Origin: Bacteroidales bacterium
Lineage (GTDB): Bacteria; Bacteroidota; Bacteroidia; Bacteroidales; UBA12077
DNA: 64,000 nt
Assembly: GCA_030637515.1 (NCBI GenBank)
Contig: DAOWGM010000155.1
Span: 12,532 to 76,531 of the forward strand
Direction: 5' to 3'
The notes under the pieces are model-generated. The model was not told the DNA's origin. It did not search any database and saw nothing but the letters and a program-made list of their open reading frames with translations. The translations under genes were made by a program, and so were the position numbers. Position 1 is the stretch's first letter, and each line of letters begins with the position of its first letter. Positions 30,360-39,607 of this stretch are shown here, one piece after another.

Positions 30360-32711
30360 ATGAAGCAACGAGTTTTATTACTATTATTTTTAAGTTTACT
30401 TATCTCACCTTTTTCCTATTCTCAAGAAAATCTGAGTCAGACTTTACGTGGTGTTGTTGTGGACCATGAATCACAAATTCCATTGCCCGGAGTAAACATT
30501 ATTGTTACTAATTCAAGTCCTCAACAAGGAACAATTAGTAATGAGGAAGGTGTTTTTAGGTTTGATAAAGTACATATTGGCAGAATATCTATTCAAGCAA
30601 GTTTTGTTGGATACAAAACAAAAACTATAGATAATATTGTAATAAGCTCTGCAAAAGAAACCATTCTTAAAATAGCGTTAGAAGAATCTATCACGGAATT
30701 AGATGAAGTAATTATTAAAGCAAGCATTGAAAAAGACAAAGCGATCAATAAGATGGCAACCATAAGTGCTCGTTCTTTTACTGTTGATGAGACCAATCGT
30801 TATCCAGGGAGTTATGGTGATCCGGCAAGAATGGCTGCCAATTATGCGGGAGTAATGTCTGTACGTGATAATAGAAATGATATTATTATTCGTGGAAATT
30901 CATCGACAGGATTGCTTTGGCGACTTGATGGAATTGAAATTCCTAATCCCAATCATTTTGCTGCATCGGGAACAACCGGTGGACCAATAACCATTTTAAA
31001 TAATAATCTACTAACAAATTCAGATTTTTTAACTGGAGCATTTCCTGCTGAATATGGCAATGCACTTGCTGGTGTATTTGACTTAAAGATGCGAACCGGT
31101 AATAATGAAAAGAGAGAATATTGGGCTGAATTTGGTTATAACGGGCTTGAGTTTGGTGCCGAAGGACCTTTTTCTAAAAATACGAATGCTTCTTATTTGA
31201 TTACATACAGATATTCACTCGTTGACATTATTGACCTTTTAGGTGCAGAAGTGGAAACAACCAAATATCAGGATTTGACTTTTAAACTTAACTTCCCCTT
31301 GAAAAAAGGACGTTTAAGTTTCATCGGAATGGGTGGAAAAAGCTACATTGAAATGTTTGACTCCAACGATGATCTGAAAGACTGGACATTTGAAAGCTGG
31401 GGTGAAGATTTGAGTAATGGATCAGATATAGGAACTCTTTCGCTTTCGCACGTTCATTTCTTTGGTACAAAGACCAGATTACAAACAGCACTTTCTGTTT
31501 TTGGATCGCGTGTTACAACAAAAATTGACACTTTAAGCATTTGGAATCCTAACCCTTACAATTGGGCTGGAGAAGAATCTTCTGAAGTAAAAGCAAGTTT
31601 TACTACACATTTGAATTCAAAAATCAATAGTAGAAATATATTCAATTTTGGTTTAAAAGCTGACCGATATTTTGTGAATTTTATGGATAGTAGCATTACA
31701 AATGGTCAGTATAAAGTTGATACAGATGTAAGTGAAGCTTTTGATTTATTCCAGTTATACGTACAATATAAACATAAATTCTCGGACAAAACTGAAATCT
31801 ACTCCGGATTGCATACTCAATATCTTGATTTAAATAATTCATGGTCGTTAGAACCCAGATTTGGTTTTAATTGGAATATGAATGATAAGAACTCAGTGAA
31901 AATTGGTTACGGACTTCATAGCCAGACTCAACTTCGAATTTTATATTTTACACAAACTCAGTTAGCTGATGGATCATCAATATACACAAATAAAAACCTT
32001 GACTTTTCTAAGAGCCATCAGATAATTGCCGGATATGATCATTTATTCAGCGATAATTTGAGATTAAAACTGGAAGTATATTATCAGAATCTGTTTGATA
32101 TTCCTGTTAAGGAAAATCTTCCTGAGTATTCTGTTTTAAATTACGGTGCAGAGTATTTCATTGAACGAATAGATAGCCTATCAAATAATGGAACCGGAGA
32201 AAATTATGGTTTAGAACTTACTCTGGAAAGATTTTTGCAAAATAATTTCTACTTTTTAATTACTGCATCTCTTTACGAATCAACTTATAAAGGATACGAC
32301 GGAGTTAAAAGGAATACCGCGTTCAATGGAAATTTTGCAATAAATGCATTAGGAGGTTATGAAATTCCTATTAGAAAAACCAAAGCAATTTCGATTGGTC
32401 TTAGAACAACATATGCTGGAGGAAGACCATATGTTCCCTATGATGTAAATGCTACTATAAATCATCAATCCGAAGTACTCGATTGGGATAATGCGTATGA
32501 TACACAACAAGATAATTATTTCAGAATAAACCTAAGAATTGGATTTAAACGAAATAAGCCCAAATTTAATGTTGAGCTTGCGATGGATTTACAATACAGA
32601 ACAAATTACACCAGTGTTTATGAATACAGAATAGATCCATTAACAGGCAAAATATATCATAATTACGAAATGGCATTGTATCCAATGGCAAGTTATCGAA
32701 TCCAATTTTAA
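30360..32711 (+). CDS. TonB-dependent receptor with carboxypeptidase-like N-domain
   Basis: Signal peptide, plug motifs (NDIIIRGNS, DGIEIPNPNHF, GAFPAEYGN) and C-terminal YRIQF. Confidence 0.92.
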   Translation: MKQRVLLLLFLSLLISPFSYSQENLSQTLRGVVVDHESQIPLPGVNIIVTNSSPQQGTISNEEGVFRFDKVHIGRISIQASFVGYKTKTIDNIVISSAKETILKIALEESITELDEVIIKASIEKDKAINKMATISARSFTVDETNRYPGSYGDPARMAANYAGVMSVRDNRNDIIIRGNSSTGLLWRLDGIEIPNPNHFAASGTTGGPITILNNNLLTNSDFLTGAFPAEYGNALAGVFDLKMRTGNNEKREYWAEFGYNGLEFGAEGPFSKNTNASYLITYRYSLVDIIDLLGAEVETTKYQDLTFKLNFPLKKGRLSFIGMGGKSYIEMFDSNDDLKDWTFESWGEDLSNGSDIGTLSLSHVHFFGTKTRLQTALSVFGSRVTTKIDTLSIWNPNPYNWAGEESSEVKASFTTHLNSKINSRNIFNFGLKADRYFVNFMDSSITNGQYKVDTDVSEAFDLFQLYVQYKHKFSDKTEIYSGLHTQYLDLNNSWSLEPRFGFNWNMNDKNSVKIGYGLHSQTQLRILYFTQTQLADGSSIYTNKNLDFSKSHQIIAGYDHLFSDNLRLKLEVYYQNLFDIPVKENLPEYSVLNYGAEYFIERIDSLSNNGTGENYGLELTLERFLQNNFYFLITASLYESTYKGYDGVKRNTAFNGNFAINALGGYEIPIRKTKAISIGLRTTYAGGRPYVPYDVNATINHQSEVLDWDNAYDTQQDNYFRINLRIGFKRNKPKFNVELAMDLQYRTNYTSVYEYRIDPLTGKIYHNYEMALYPMASYRIQF

Positions 32712-32845
32712 GAGATTCTTATACTTTTAATCATTTAAAAATACATTTTACGAGCCACTCAGTAATACGAGCGATTTTCTTTTTCTTAATAAATCCGAAA
32801 CTTTTTATATCTTCGCAAACATTAGAATTTGTATAGGTTTAATAT

Positions 32846-34183
32846 ATGAAAATACTCCTGATAAATACTCCCCGCTCACCACATAACATGATTCTTAAAT
32901 CGGCTCCAGAAGAAGCTAAAAAATATATTCATAAAAGACTCATTGGACCTCCATTAGGATTATTAACTGTTGCAAAAGCTGTTGAAGATCATGATGTTGT
33001 TGTATTTGACACAAAAGGAGAATATGATTTACATCCTGACACACCACCTCTCGACAAACTGGTATTAAAATTGTTAAAAGAACATAAACCTGATGTTGTT
33101 GGAACAACTATAATTGCATCAGAATTTGATTATGCTATTGAAATATTACAGACGGTAAAATCATATAATCCGGAGATTTTAACAGTGGCAGGAGGATTGC
33201 ATGCAACAATTTCACCACATGACTTTACTGATAATGCTGTTGATCTTATTTTACCGGGACAATCGGCACATATTTTCCGAAATGTAATTGAAGCAAAAGA
33301 AAAAGGGGTCGCCTTTGAAAAAGTAAATGGAATTATTATTAATAATGATGGTGTACTAAATAAAACATCTCCCGCAACTGAATATGATTCAGCAGCCGAC
33401 AGCTTTCTAATGCCTGACAGAAAACATCTCGAGAGATGGATTGAAACCTACAAAGTTGGAGGAAATCCTTTTCCATCTACTTATTTATTTACATCCTTAG
33501 GCTGCCCTTACAAATGTACTTTTTGCTCAATATGGTGCCAGTTTAACGGACAATACCTTAAACGAAATATTGAAAGCATTATTGATGAATTAAAACAGGT
33601 AGATGAATATCCTGTTGTACGTTTTGCCGATGCAAATACTATTGTTGATATAAACATGATCGACAAACTCTTTGATAGAATTAATGAGGAAAAAATTAAT
33701 AAAACCTATGTAATGGATATCAGAACCGATACTGCGGTTAAATATCCAAAGCTCATAGAAAAACTTGCAAAAGCAGGATTAAAAGTTGTAATCTGTGGTT
33801 TTGAATCGTTCCGCGAAGAAGAACTTAAAAGATACAATAAGAGTTCTGATGCAAAATTAATACATGAGGCTATAAATATCTTTCATCAAAACGGAATTAT
33901 GCTCCGTGGTAATTATGTTATTCCAAACGATTATGATGAAGATGATTTTAAAGCACTTTCAGATTATACATCATCACACAAAGTTAGCTACGCCGGATAT
34001 ACTATCCTCACTCCTATGCCCGGAACTCCTTTTTATAAAGAAGTTGAAGATCAGATTATCGATTTCGATCTTACAAAATATAACTTCTTTAACAGTGTCT
34101 TGAAAACAAAATTACCACTGGAAAAGTTCTATGAGAATGTGGGTAAATTATGGCTCATAAAAAAAGGAACTGACGTAATTTAG
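32846..34183 (+). CDS. B12-binding radical SAM protein (class B methylase-like)
   Basis: PPLGL and GGLHAT cobalamin domain, GCPYKCTFC, and TPMPGT. Confidence 0.9.
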   Translation: MKILLINTPRSPHNMILKSAPEEAKKYIHKRLIGPPLGLLTVAKAVEDHDVVVFDTKGEYDLHPDTPPLDKLVLKLLKEHKPDVVGTTIIASEFDYAIEILQTVKSYNPEILTVAGGLHATISPHDFTDNAVDLILPGQSAHIFRNVIEAKEKGVAFEKVNGIIINNDGVLNKTSPATEYDSAADSFLMPDRKHLERWIETYKVGGNPFPSTYLFTSLGCPYKCTFCSIWCQFNGQYLKRNIESIIDELKQVDEYPVVRFADANTIVDINMIDKLFDRINEEKINKTYVMDIRTDTAVKYPKLIEKLAKAGLKVVICGFESFREEELKRYNKSSDAKLIHEAINIFHQNGIMLRGNYVIPNDYDEDDFKALSDYTSSHKVSYAGYTILTPMPGTPFYKEVEDQIIDFDLTKYNFFNSVLKTKLPLEKFYENVGKLWLIKKGTDVI

Positions 34184-34222
34184 TTTCAGCTCCTTTTTCC
34201 AATATTTTTCTTTACTTAATTA

Positions 34223-34810
34223 TTAGTAAGCGTCCATTACATGGTCAATTTCACCTTTGTAAGAGCCAGTTACTTCTTTGCCATTATCTAATTGAAAAGT
34301 GTATTCAATTGTGTAAACTAAACCTGTTTTTGTAACATTCAATTCACCTCCGGTAACTTCCAGATAAGTTCCTATGTCTTCGTCGGAATCCATATCCACA
34401 TCAATCTCAACTGATGCATCGTAAAAATAATCTGAATCACCATCAAATGAATATTTATGTTCAGGAAGACTATCTGTTACCATATTTGCTTCAAGATATA
34501 TTTGCAACAAGTCTCCTTTCCCTGATATAATAGGGTCGCCATCATTTGCAACGTAAGTAATTGAAGAAGAATAAAATGACACTTCAAACTCTGTTACATT
34601 ATCTTCCATTTCCCCATAATTTAAGATCAATGCTTCAGGAGTTTCATATTCGTTTCCGTTATATATAAATAAGTTTTCTATGATCTCTTCTTCTACAATT
34701 TCTTCTTCAATTTCTTTAACTTCATCGACTTTTTCGCAAGACACATTTATTAAAGCTAAACCCAACAATATCATTAATAAAAGCTTGTTAAACTCAGTAA
34801 TTTTTCTCAT
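34223..34810 (-). CDS. Acidic hypothetical lipoprotein
   Basis: Lipobox NVSC; beta-rich. Confidence 0.75.
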   Translation of the reverse strand: MRKITEFNKLLLMILLGLALINVSCEKVDEVKEIEEEIVEEEIIENLFIYNGNEYETPEALILNYGEMEDNVTEFEVSFYSSSITYVANDGDPIISGKGDLLQIYLEANMVTDSLPEHKYSFDGDSDYFYDASVEIDVDMDSDEDIGTYLEVTGGELNVTKTGLVYTIEYTFQLDNGKEVTGSYKGEIDHVMDAY

Positions 34811-34991
34811 TCTTTTTTTTTAATTTAGTAATGAATAATTAAGATTAAATTCTCAAAATAATTCTTTCACAAGCAATTTAATCCTGTTTTTAAAATTATT
34901 TGCCAAAAATATACTTTATATTCAAAGATTATAAAATCAATATCTCTTTTTTTATTAAATTAGCTTAATCAATAAAAAATGGAGGTATAAA

Positions 34992-35372
34992 ATGAAAAGT
35001 AAATTCAGAATTACAAGTACAATTACATTAGTATTCTTTCTTTTTCTTTCTCTTGGTAGTTTTGCCAATAAAACATCAGTAAAAATAGTTGCACCCGAAA
35101 CAGTAGATGCAGGAACAGAAGTAACAGTTAAAATTGAAGTTACACATATTGGAAATACAAAAGCTCATTATACCGATTGGGTTGTTGTAAAAGTAAATGG
35201 TGAAGAGTATAAAAAGTGGGAATACACAAAAGACAATTTACCAGACAATCAAAACTTTACATTAGAATTTAAAATTACAGCAAAAACTAATCTTGAAATT
35301 ATTGTAGAAGGAAATTGCAACAAGCATGGCTCAAAAGGAGAAGATAAAGTGAGTATTAAAGTTGAACAATAA
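34992..35372 (+). CDS. Secreted superoxide-reductase-like (desulfoferrodoxin/SORL) domain protein
   Basis: Signal peptide; H-x6-HYxxW and CNKHG metal ligands. Confidence 0.7.
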   Translation: MKSKFRITSTITLVFFLFLSLGSFANKTSVKIVAPETVDAGTEVTVKIEVTHIGNTKAHYTDWVVVKVNGEEYKKWEYTKDNLPDNQNFTLEFKITAKTNLEIIVEGNCNKHGSKGEDKVSIKVEQ

Positions 35373-35424
35373 CACGATAATAATTAATTATATTTAAATA
35401 AAACCAACTATTAAAATTTAAATT

Positions 35425-36036
35425 ATGAAAATTATTAAAACTGTATTTGTTGCACTATTAGTGATGAGTATAACTGCTACGCAGGCTCAAAAAATCAAAG
35501 TTACTAAAGGTGATTTAGCATTTCTAAAAGGTCAGACTGAAGTATTATTAGAATATGATTACAGTAATATGGCTGTTGGTAAATTCGATAAAGAAGCTGA
35601 TTATGTTGCTAAAAAAACAGCTGAATATAATAAGAAGAATGCAGGTACTGGTGATGAGTGGGCTGTAAAATGGGAAGCAGACAGAGAAGGTCGATTCCAC
35701 CCTAAATTTGAAGAATTATTGAATAATTACACTAAAAAAGCTGATTGTAATTTCGATCAAACAAATATTAAAGCTAAATACACATTAATTGTAAAAACAA
35801 CTTTTACTGAACCAGGATTCAATATTGGTATTGTGAAAAAAGATGCCATGATTAATCTTGAAGTAAAATTTGTTGAAACTGAGAATAAAGAAAATGTTTT
35901 AGCTGTTATTACACTGATAAACGTTCCAGGTCGTGGTATGGGAAATGATTATGATACTGGATACAGAATTCAAGAAGCATATGCAAAAGGGGGAAAATCT
36001 CTTGGAGCATACTTGGTTAAAAAAGCTTTTAAATAA
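35425..36036 (+). CDS. Secreted hypothetical protein
   Basis: Signal peptide ending ATQA; 203 aa. Confidence 0.75.
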   Translation: MKIIKTVFVALLVMSITATQAQKIKVTKGDLAFLKGQTEVLLEYDYSNMAVGKFDKEADYVAKKTAEYNKKNAGTGDEWAVKWEADREGRFHPKFEELLNNYTKKADCNFDQTNIKAKYTLIVKTTFTEPGFNIGIVKKDAMINLEVKFVETENKENVLAVITLINVPGRGMGNDYDTGYRIQEAYAKGGKSLGAYLVKKAFK

Positions 36037-36056
36037 TAATTTATAGCTTACATAAT

Positions 36057-36086
36057 AAAAAAGGGATCTTTTAAAGATTCCTTTTT
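36057..36086. terminator. Bidirectional intrinsic terminator
   Basis: AAAAAGGGATCTT...AAGATTCCTTTTT. Confidence 0.75.
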
Positions 36087-36131
36087 CTATTTTATTTTAT
36101 TTGTTTTCAGATCTACGAATATTTTTTCATT

Positions 36132-36256
36132 TTAAAATACTCCTGGAATTATTGCCCGTTTAGCAGCCAGATAATCAGAAATTTACTCTTATACCATTTA
36201 TGATGATCTACTGCACAAGGAACTAAATTTATAAATGTCCAAACAAAGAAAGCTAA
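36132..36256 (-). pseudogene. C-terminal remnant of a steroid 5-alpha-reductase (3-oxo-5-alpha-steroid 4-dehydrogenase)-family gene
   Basis: Hand translation: LAFFVWTFINLVPCAVDHHKWYKSKF, frameshift, DYLAAKRAIIPGVF*. This resembles the family C-terminus NLxPRAxxHHxWYxxKFxDYPxxRKAxIP. No start codon or 5' portion. Confidence 0.7.
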
Positions 36257-36294
36257 AAAAACCACTCTTAAATTATAACTTTTATACTTTTCAC

Positions 36295-37194
36295 TTATAT
36301 TTTATGTACTAATTTCAGTTGATAATTACCGCAAATAAAACGAGATATTTTTTTCAAATCCTTTCCTGCCCCACATTCATAAAATTCAGTTACATTCTTT
36401 TCAATTATTATTTGCATCGTTCCAAACCAGTTAATTTTTCTTGTTAAGTTAAAAACCAACTCTTTTTTTAACTCAGCAGCTTCTGTAATTTCTCTTTGAT
36501 CAAATGTTGAGATTATTGGACAACGTGGAGTTTTTATCTGTAAAGAATCTACAAATGAGGCAAATTCATCAGAATATTTCAACATATATTCAGAATGATA
36601 AGGTGTATTTACGGTTAATTCTGTCGTAGAAAGTGCTCCTTCATTCTTAGCTTCTCTTAGTATTTTTTTGATCTCCCTTTTTTTACCTGCAACAACTAAA
36701 GAATACTCATTATTGATATTAATTATTTCTGTTGTATGGTTCGTATTATTAATTAGAATATTAACATCATCTATTGATAATCCTATAATTGATCCCATTC
36801 CATAATCTTCAGACACTCTTAATTCTTCGGTCAGATCAAATGCGGACTTAATAATTCTTATGCCATCAGAAAAAGAAATAGCTCCAGTAGAATATAAAGC
36901 AGCGTAAATACCCATGCTGTATCCAGCAACAAAATTTGGTTTTAGGTCCTTTAATAAAAGAATATCACTTATTGAACAACTAAAAATATAAGCAAGTAGC
37001 TGAGATAGAAATTCATTATTCTGGTATTCGTTGTTTTCGTAGGCAAATTCGGGTAAGTTATAGCCAATAAGCTCAGAAGCTTTATTAATATAGCTTGATA
37101 AACTGAGATTATTTCTTTGTATAAAATCAAGCTCTTTACCGGTAAATTCAGTAATAAATGCAGGAAATACGAATGCTGTTTTATTACTCATCAC
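36295..37194 (-). CDS. FabD-like ACP acyltransferase (atypical)
   Basis: AFVFP, GYSMG (catalytic Ser) and PYHS. Lacks GQG and the malonyl-binding Arg. Confidence 0.82.
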   Translation of the reverse strand: MMSNKTAFVFPAFITEFTGKELDFIQRNNLSLSSYINKASELIGYNLPEFAYENNEYQNNEFLSQLLAYIFSCSISDILLLKDLKPNFVAGYSMGIYAALYSTGAISFSDGIRIIKSAFDLTEELRVSEDYGMGSIIGLSIDDVNILINNTNHTTEIININNEYSLVVAGKKREIKKILREAKNEGALSTTELTVNTPYHSEYMLKYSDEFASFVDSLQIKTPRCPIISTFDQREITEAAELKKELVFNLTRKINWFGTMQIIIEKNVTEFYECGAGKDLKKISRFICGNYQLKLVHKI

Positions 37195-37567
37195 CGTTCT
37201 TTTTTATTAACAAAACGCAGACAACTGCATATTTATCAGCTTGTTGAATATCAGCTTTAATATCTATTATTTTCAAATCATTAAATATGCCATCGATTTT
37301 TTTTGATGTATATATTTTAAAATCAGTTGGTCCTTCAAAAATGATTTCAACATCTTTAAAATCAAAATCGGAATTATTAAGTGCTTTATAAAAAGCTTCT
37401 TTAAAACAAAAGCCTTTTAAAAAGGCTTCTTTACCAAAAACTGAAAAATTTTCAATTTCTTTCGATGTAAAAAGATCATAAATAAGATCCGATAATATTC
37501 CGTTTTCGAAGTAATGCTTATCGAAACGATGAATTTCTTCAATATCGATTCCGCAACCGAATATCAT
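37184..37567 (-). CDS. 4'-phosphopantetheinyl transferase, AcpS type
   Basis: GCGIDIE, FTxxE and FxxKEAFYKAL motifs. Confidence 0.85.
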   Translation of the reverse strand: MIFGCGIDIEEIHRFDKHYFENGILSDLIYDLFTSKEIENFSVFGKEAFLKGFCFKEAFYKALNNSDFDFKDVEIIFEGPTDFKIYTSKKIDGIFNDLKIIDIKADIQQADKYAVVCVLLIKKNGDE

Positions 37568-37578
37568 TTAAATCTATT

Positions 37579-37881
37579 TTATAAGTCTAAAATACTATTC
37601 TCATGTTCAATTATAAGCAATTGCATTTTAATTAATTCACCAATAGTTTTTACCGGATTTTTAACTGCATATTTGCCTATTGTTTTTAGTTCAATATTGA
37701 GACTGTATTTCTTTTTAAAAATTTCTATTAGTTCAAGAAACATTAATGAATCGCCATCTAAATCACCAATAATATTAGAATTCTCCGATATTTCATCAAT
37801 CTCCATTTCACATTCTTCAGCAAAAAATTCAAGAATCACTTCTTTTACTTCTTCGCGCATTTTATCAGTAATCTGAGCCAT
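37579..37881 (-). CDS. Acyl carrier protein (atypical, 100 aa)
   Basis: DLDGDSLMFLEL Ppant site; acidic helices. Confidence 0.85.
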   Translation of the reverse strand: MAQITDKMREEVKEVILEFFAEECEMEIDEISENSNIIGDLDGDSLMFLELIEIFKKKYSLNIELKTIGKYAVKNPVKTIGELIKMQLLIIEHENSILDL

Positions 37882-37890
37882 ATAATTTAT

Positions 37891-38268
37891 TTATTCTGTT
37901 ATCAATTTATTAACTTCTTCTTTTGAAATTTCCTTCCATTTCGGATTTTCAAACTTATCATTGTCAATGTCAAACTCAACTATATAGAACGACTCTTGAT
38001 TAAAGGATAGTTTCGTTTTCTTATTAGGTGTATGCTCAATATAAATTAAACGTTTATAGTCTATTTCATATTTATCACAAAGTTCTTTAGCAAGTTTTGT
38101 GTTCCATTCTGTAATTGATGTACCTGGATTTTCATCAAATAAATCAGTTGCAATTACAATGGTTTCATCTTGTTTCTTTACAATTTTCAAACCACAAATT
38201 GATGGAACATCCCACAAACCATTGAAATTATATATCTGATCCTGATATTTACTAATTTTTGATTCCAT
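37891..38268 (-). CDS. Hypothetical protein within the lipid operon
   Basis: 125-aa ORF tightly packed in the operon; NPGTSIT and IEH motifs. Confidence 0.75.
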   Translation of the reverse strand: MESKISKYQDQIYNFNGLWDVPSICGLKIVKKQDETIVIATDLFDENPGTSITEWNTKLAKELCDKYEIDYKRLIYIEHTPNKKTKLSFNQESFYIVEFDIDNDKFENPKWKEISKEEVNKLITE

Positions 38269-38281
38269 TTTTAAATATCAA

Positions 38282-39556
38282 TTAAGCAATTTTACTTTTT
38301 ACACTTTTACCAAAACTCATTTTTGATAAATCTTTTACTGGTTTTCTGAAAGTACCATCGTCAATCTCACGAGAAACTACTTTTTTCAAAAGCTTAAACA
38401 TTTTTTCTTCCTGTGTTTCATCTTTATAGAAAGTATCCCATGCATATTGATACATTTCTTGCAATCTTTCAGGGCTCATATGCTTTGGTTGATACACAAC
38501 CTGACCGGCATTATAATCGTCCCAATTTTTATTAAAAATTCGGTCTTGTTTTATTAAATCATTATAAGCCTTAGTATGTGGGAATGGAGCCAATACTGTA
38601 AACTCAGCTAAGTCAAGATCAATCTCTAATAAGAAATCTATTAATCTCTTAATATCATCTTCTGTCTGATTATCAAGACCTAACAAAATAGTTCCTTCAA
38701 CACCAATACCATAATCATGATATCTTTTTACTCTTTCTCTTATATAATCAGAAGTATCGAATACTGCTTGATAAACATACCAAGCACCAGCCTGAGCAGC
38801 TAAATCCAGAACTTCCGGTTTATCTTCAATTGTATGACTACACCATTTCTTTTTTAACGGGATCATTGCCTTAAATAAATCTTTTTCCCATTGTGTATCT
38901 TGAGCTAAGGAGTTATCAACTATAAACAGTCTGTTATTATCGATGGTTTCTAGCTCTTCGATAGCCTTATCAATTGGTCTTGGACGAAAATTCCTACCTC
39001 CCAAATATGATACAGCACAAGGATAACAACTATATTTACAACCGCGCGAAGCATGAAATAAATCAACCATCTGCACTCCTTTATGATAGTATAGATCACG
39101 GTTGTAAATTTCTCTACGTGCCGGACCAACTATTTCAATCGGTGGTAAATCATTCATATGATTGTACACTTTTTTCAATTGACCATTTCTAAAATCTTGA
39201 AAAACCTGTTCTATATGCCCTTCAGCCTCACCAAGAAATACAGAATCAGCGTGAAGTATAGTTTCTTCGGCATGCAACATAGTAGAAATACCTCCAAAAA
39301 TTACTTTTTTACCTCTTTTTCTATACTCGTCTGCAATTGCCCAACCACTTTTAATCTGAGTAGTTAACAACATAGAGATACCTACAAAATCCACGTCATC
39401 ATCATAACGCATTTCTTCAAGATTCTGATCTATAAACTCTACCTCTACATCATCAGGAATAGTTGCTGCAAATACTGCTGCTCCGTGAGGTGGCAAATTA
39501 AAAGTTGTTTGCCCTTCCAGCTTTCTCCACTTTGGAAATATTAATTGAAATTTCAT
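38282..39556 (-). CDS. B12-binding radical SAM protein
   Basis: Cobalamin-domain GG and GEAE motifs, SRGCKYSCYPC, and APFPHT. Confidence 0.9.
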   Translation of the reverse strand: MKFQLIFPKWRKLEGQTTFNLPPHGAAVFAATIPDDVEVEFIDQNLEEMRYDDDVDFVGISMLLTTQIKSGWAIADEYRKRGKKVIFGGISTMLHAEETILHADSVFLGEAEGHIEQVFQDFRNGQLKKVYNHMNDLPPIEIVGPARREIYNRDLYYHKGVQMVDLFHASRGCKYSCYPCAVSYLGGRNFRPRPIDKAIEELETIDNNRLFIVDNSLAQDTQWEKDLFKAMIPLKKKWCSHTIEDKPEVLDLAAQAGAWYVYQAVFDTSDYIRERVKRYHDYGIGVEGTILLGLDNQTEDDIKRLIDFLLEIDLDLAEFTVLAPFPHTKAYNDLIKQDRIFNKNWDDYNAGQVVYQPKHMSPERLQEMYQYAWDTFYKDETQEEKMFKLLKKVVSREIDDGTFRKPVKDLSKMSFGKSVKSKIA

Positions 39557-39607
39557 ATGTTTTGTTTTGTCTGCTGTACAAGCTGATAAAATTATTAAAA
39601 AAAAATA

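Noticed and set aside
32712-32845. Cobalamin riboswitch upstream of the B12-rSAM or TonB genes
   Set aside because: The spacers are too short and no complete B12-box architecture is visible; an isolated GCCACT is not sufficient.
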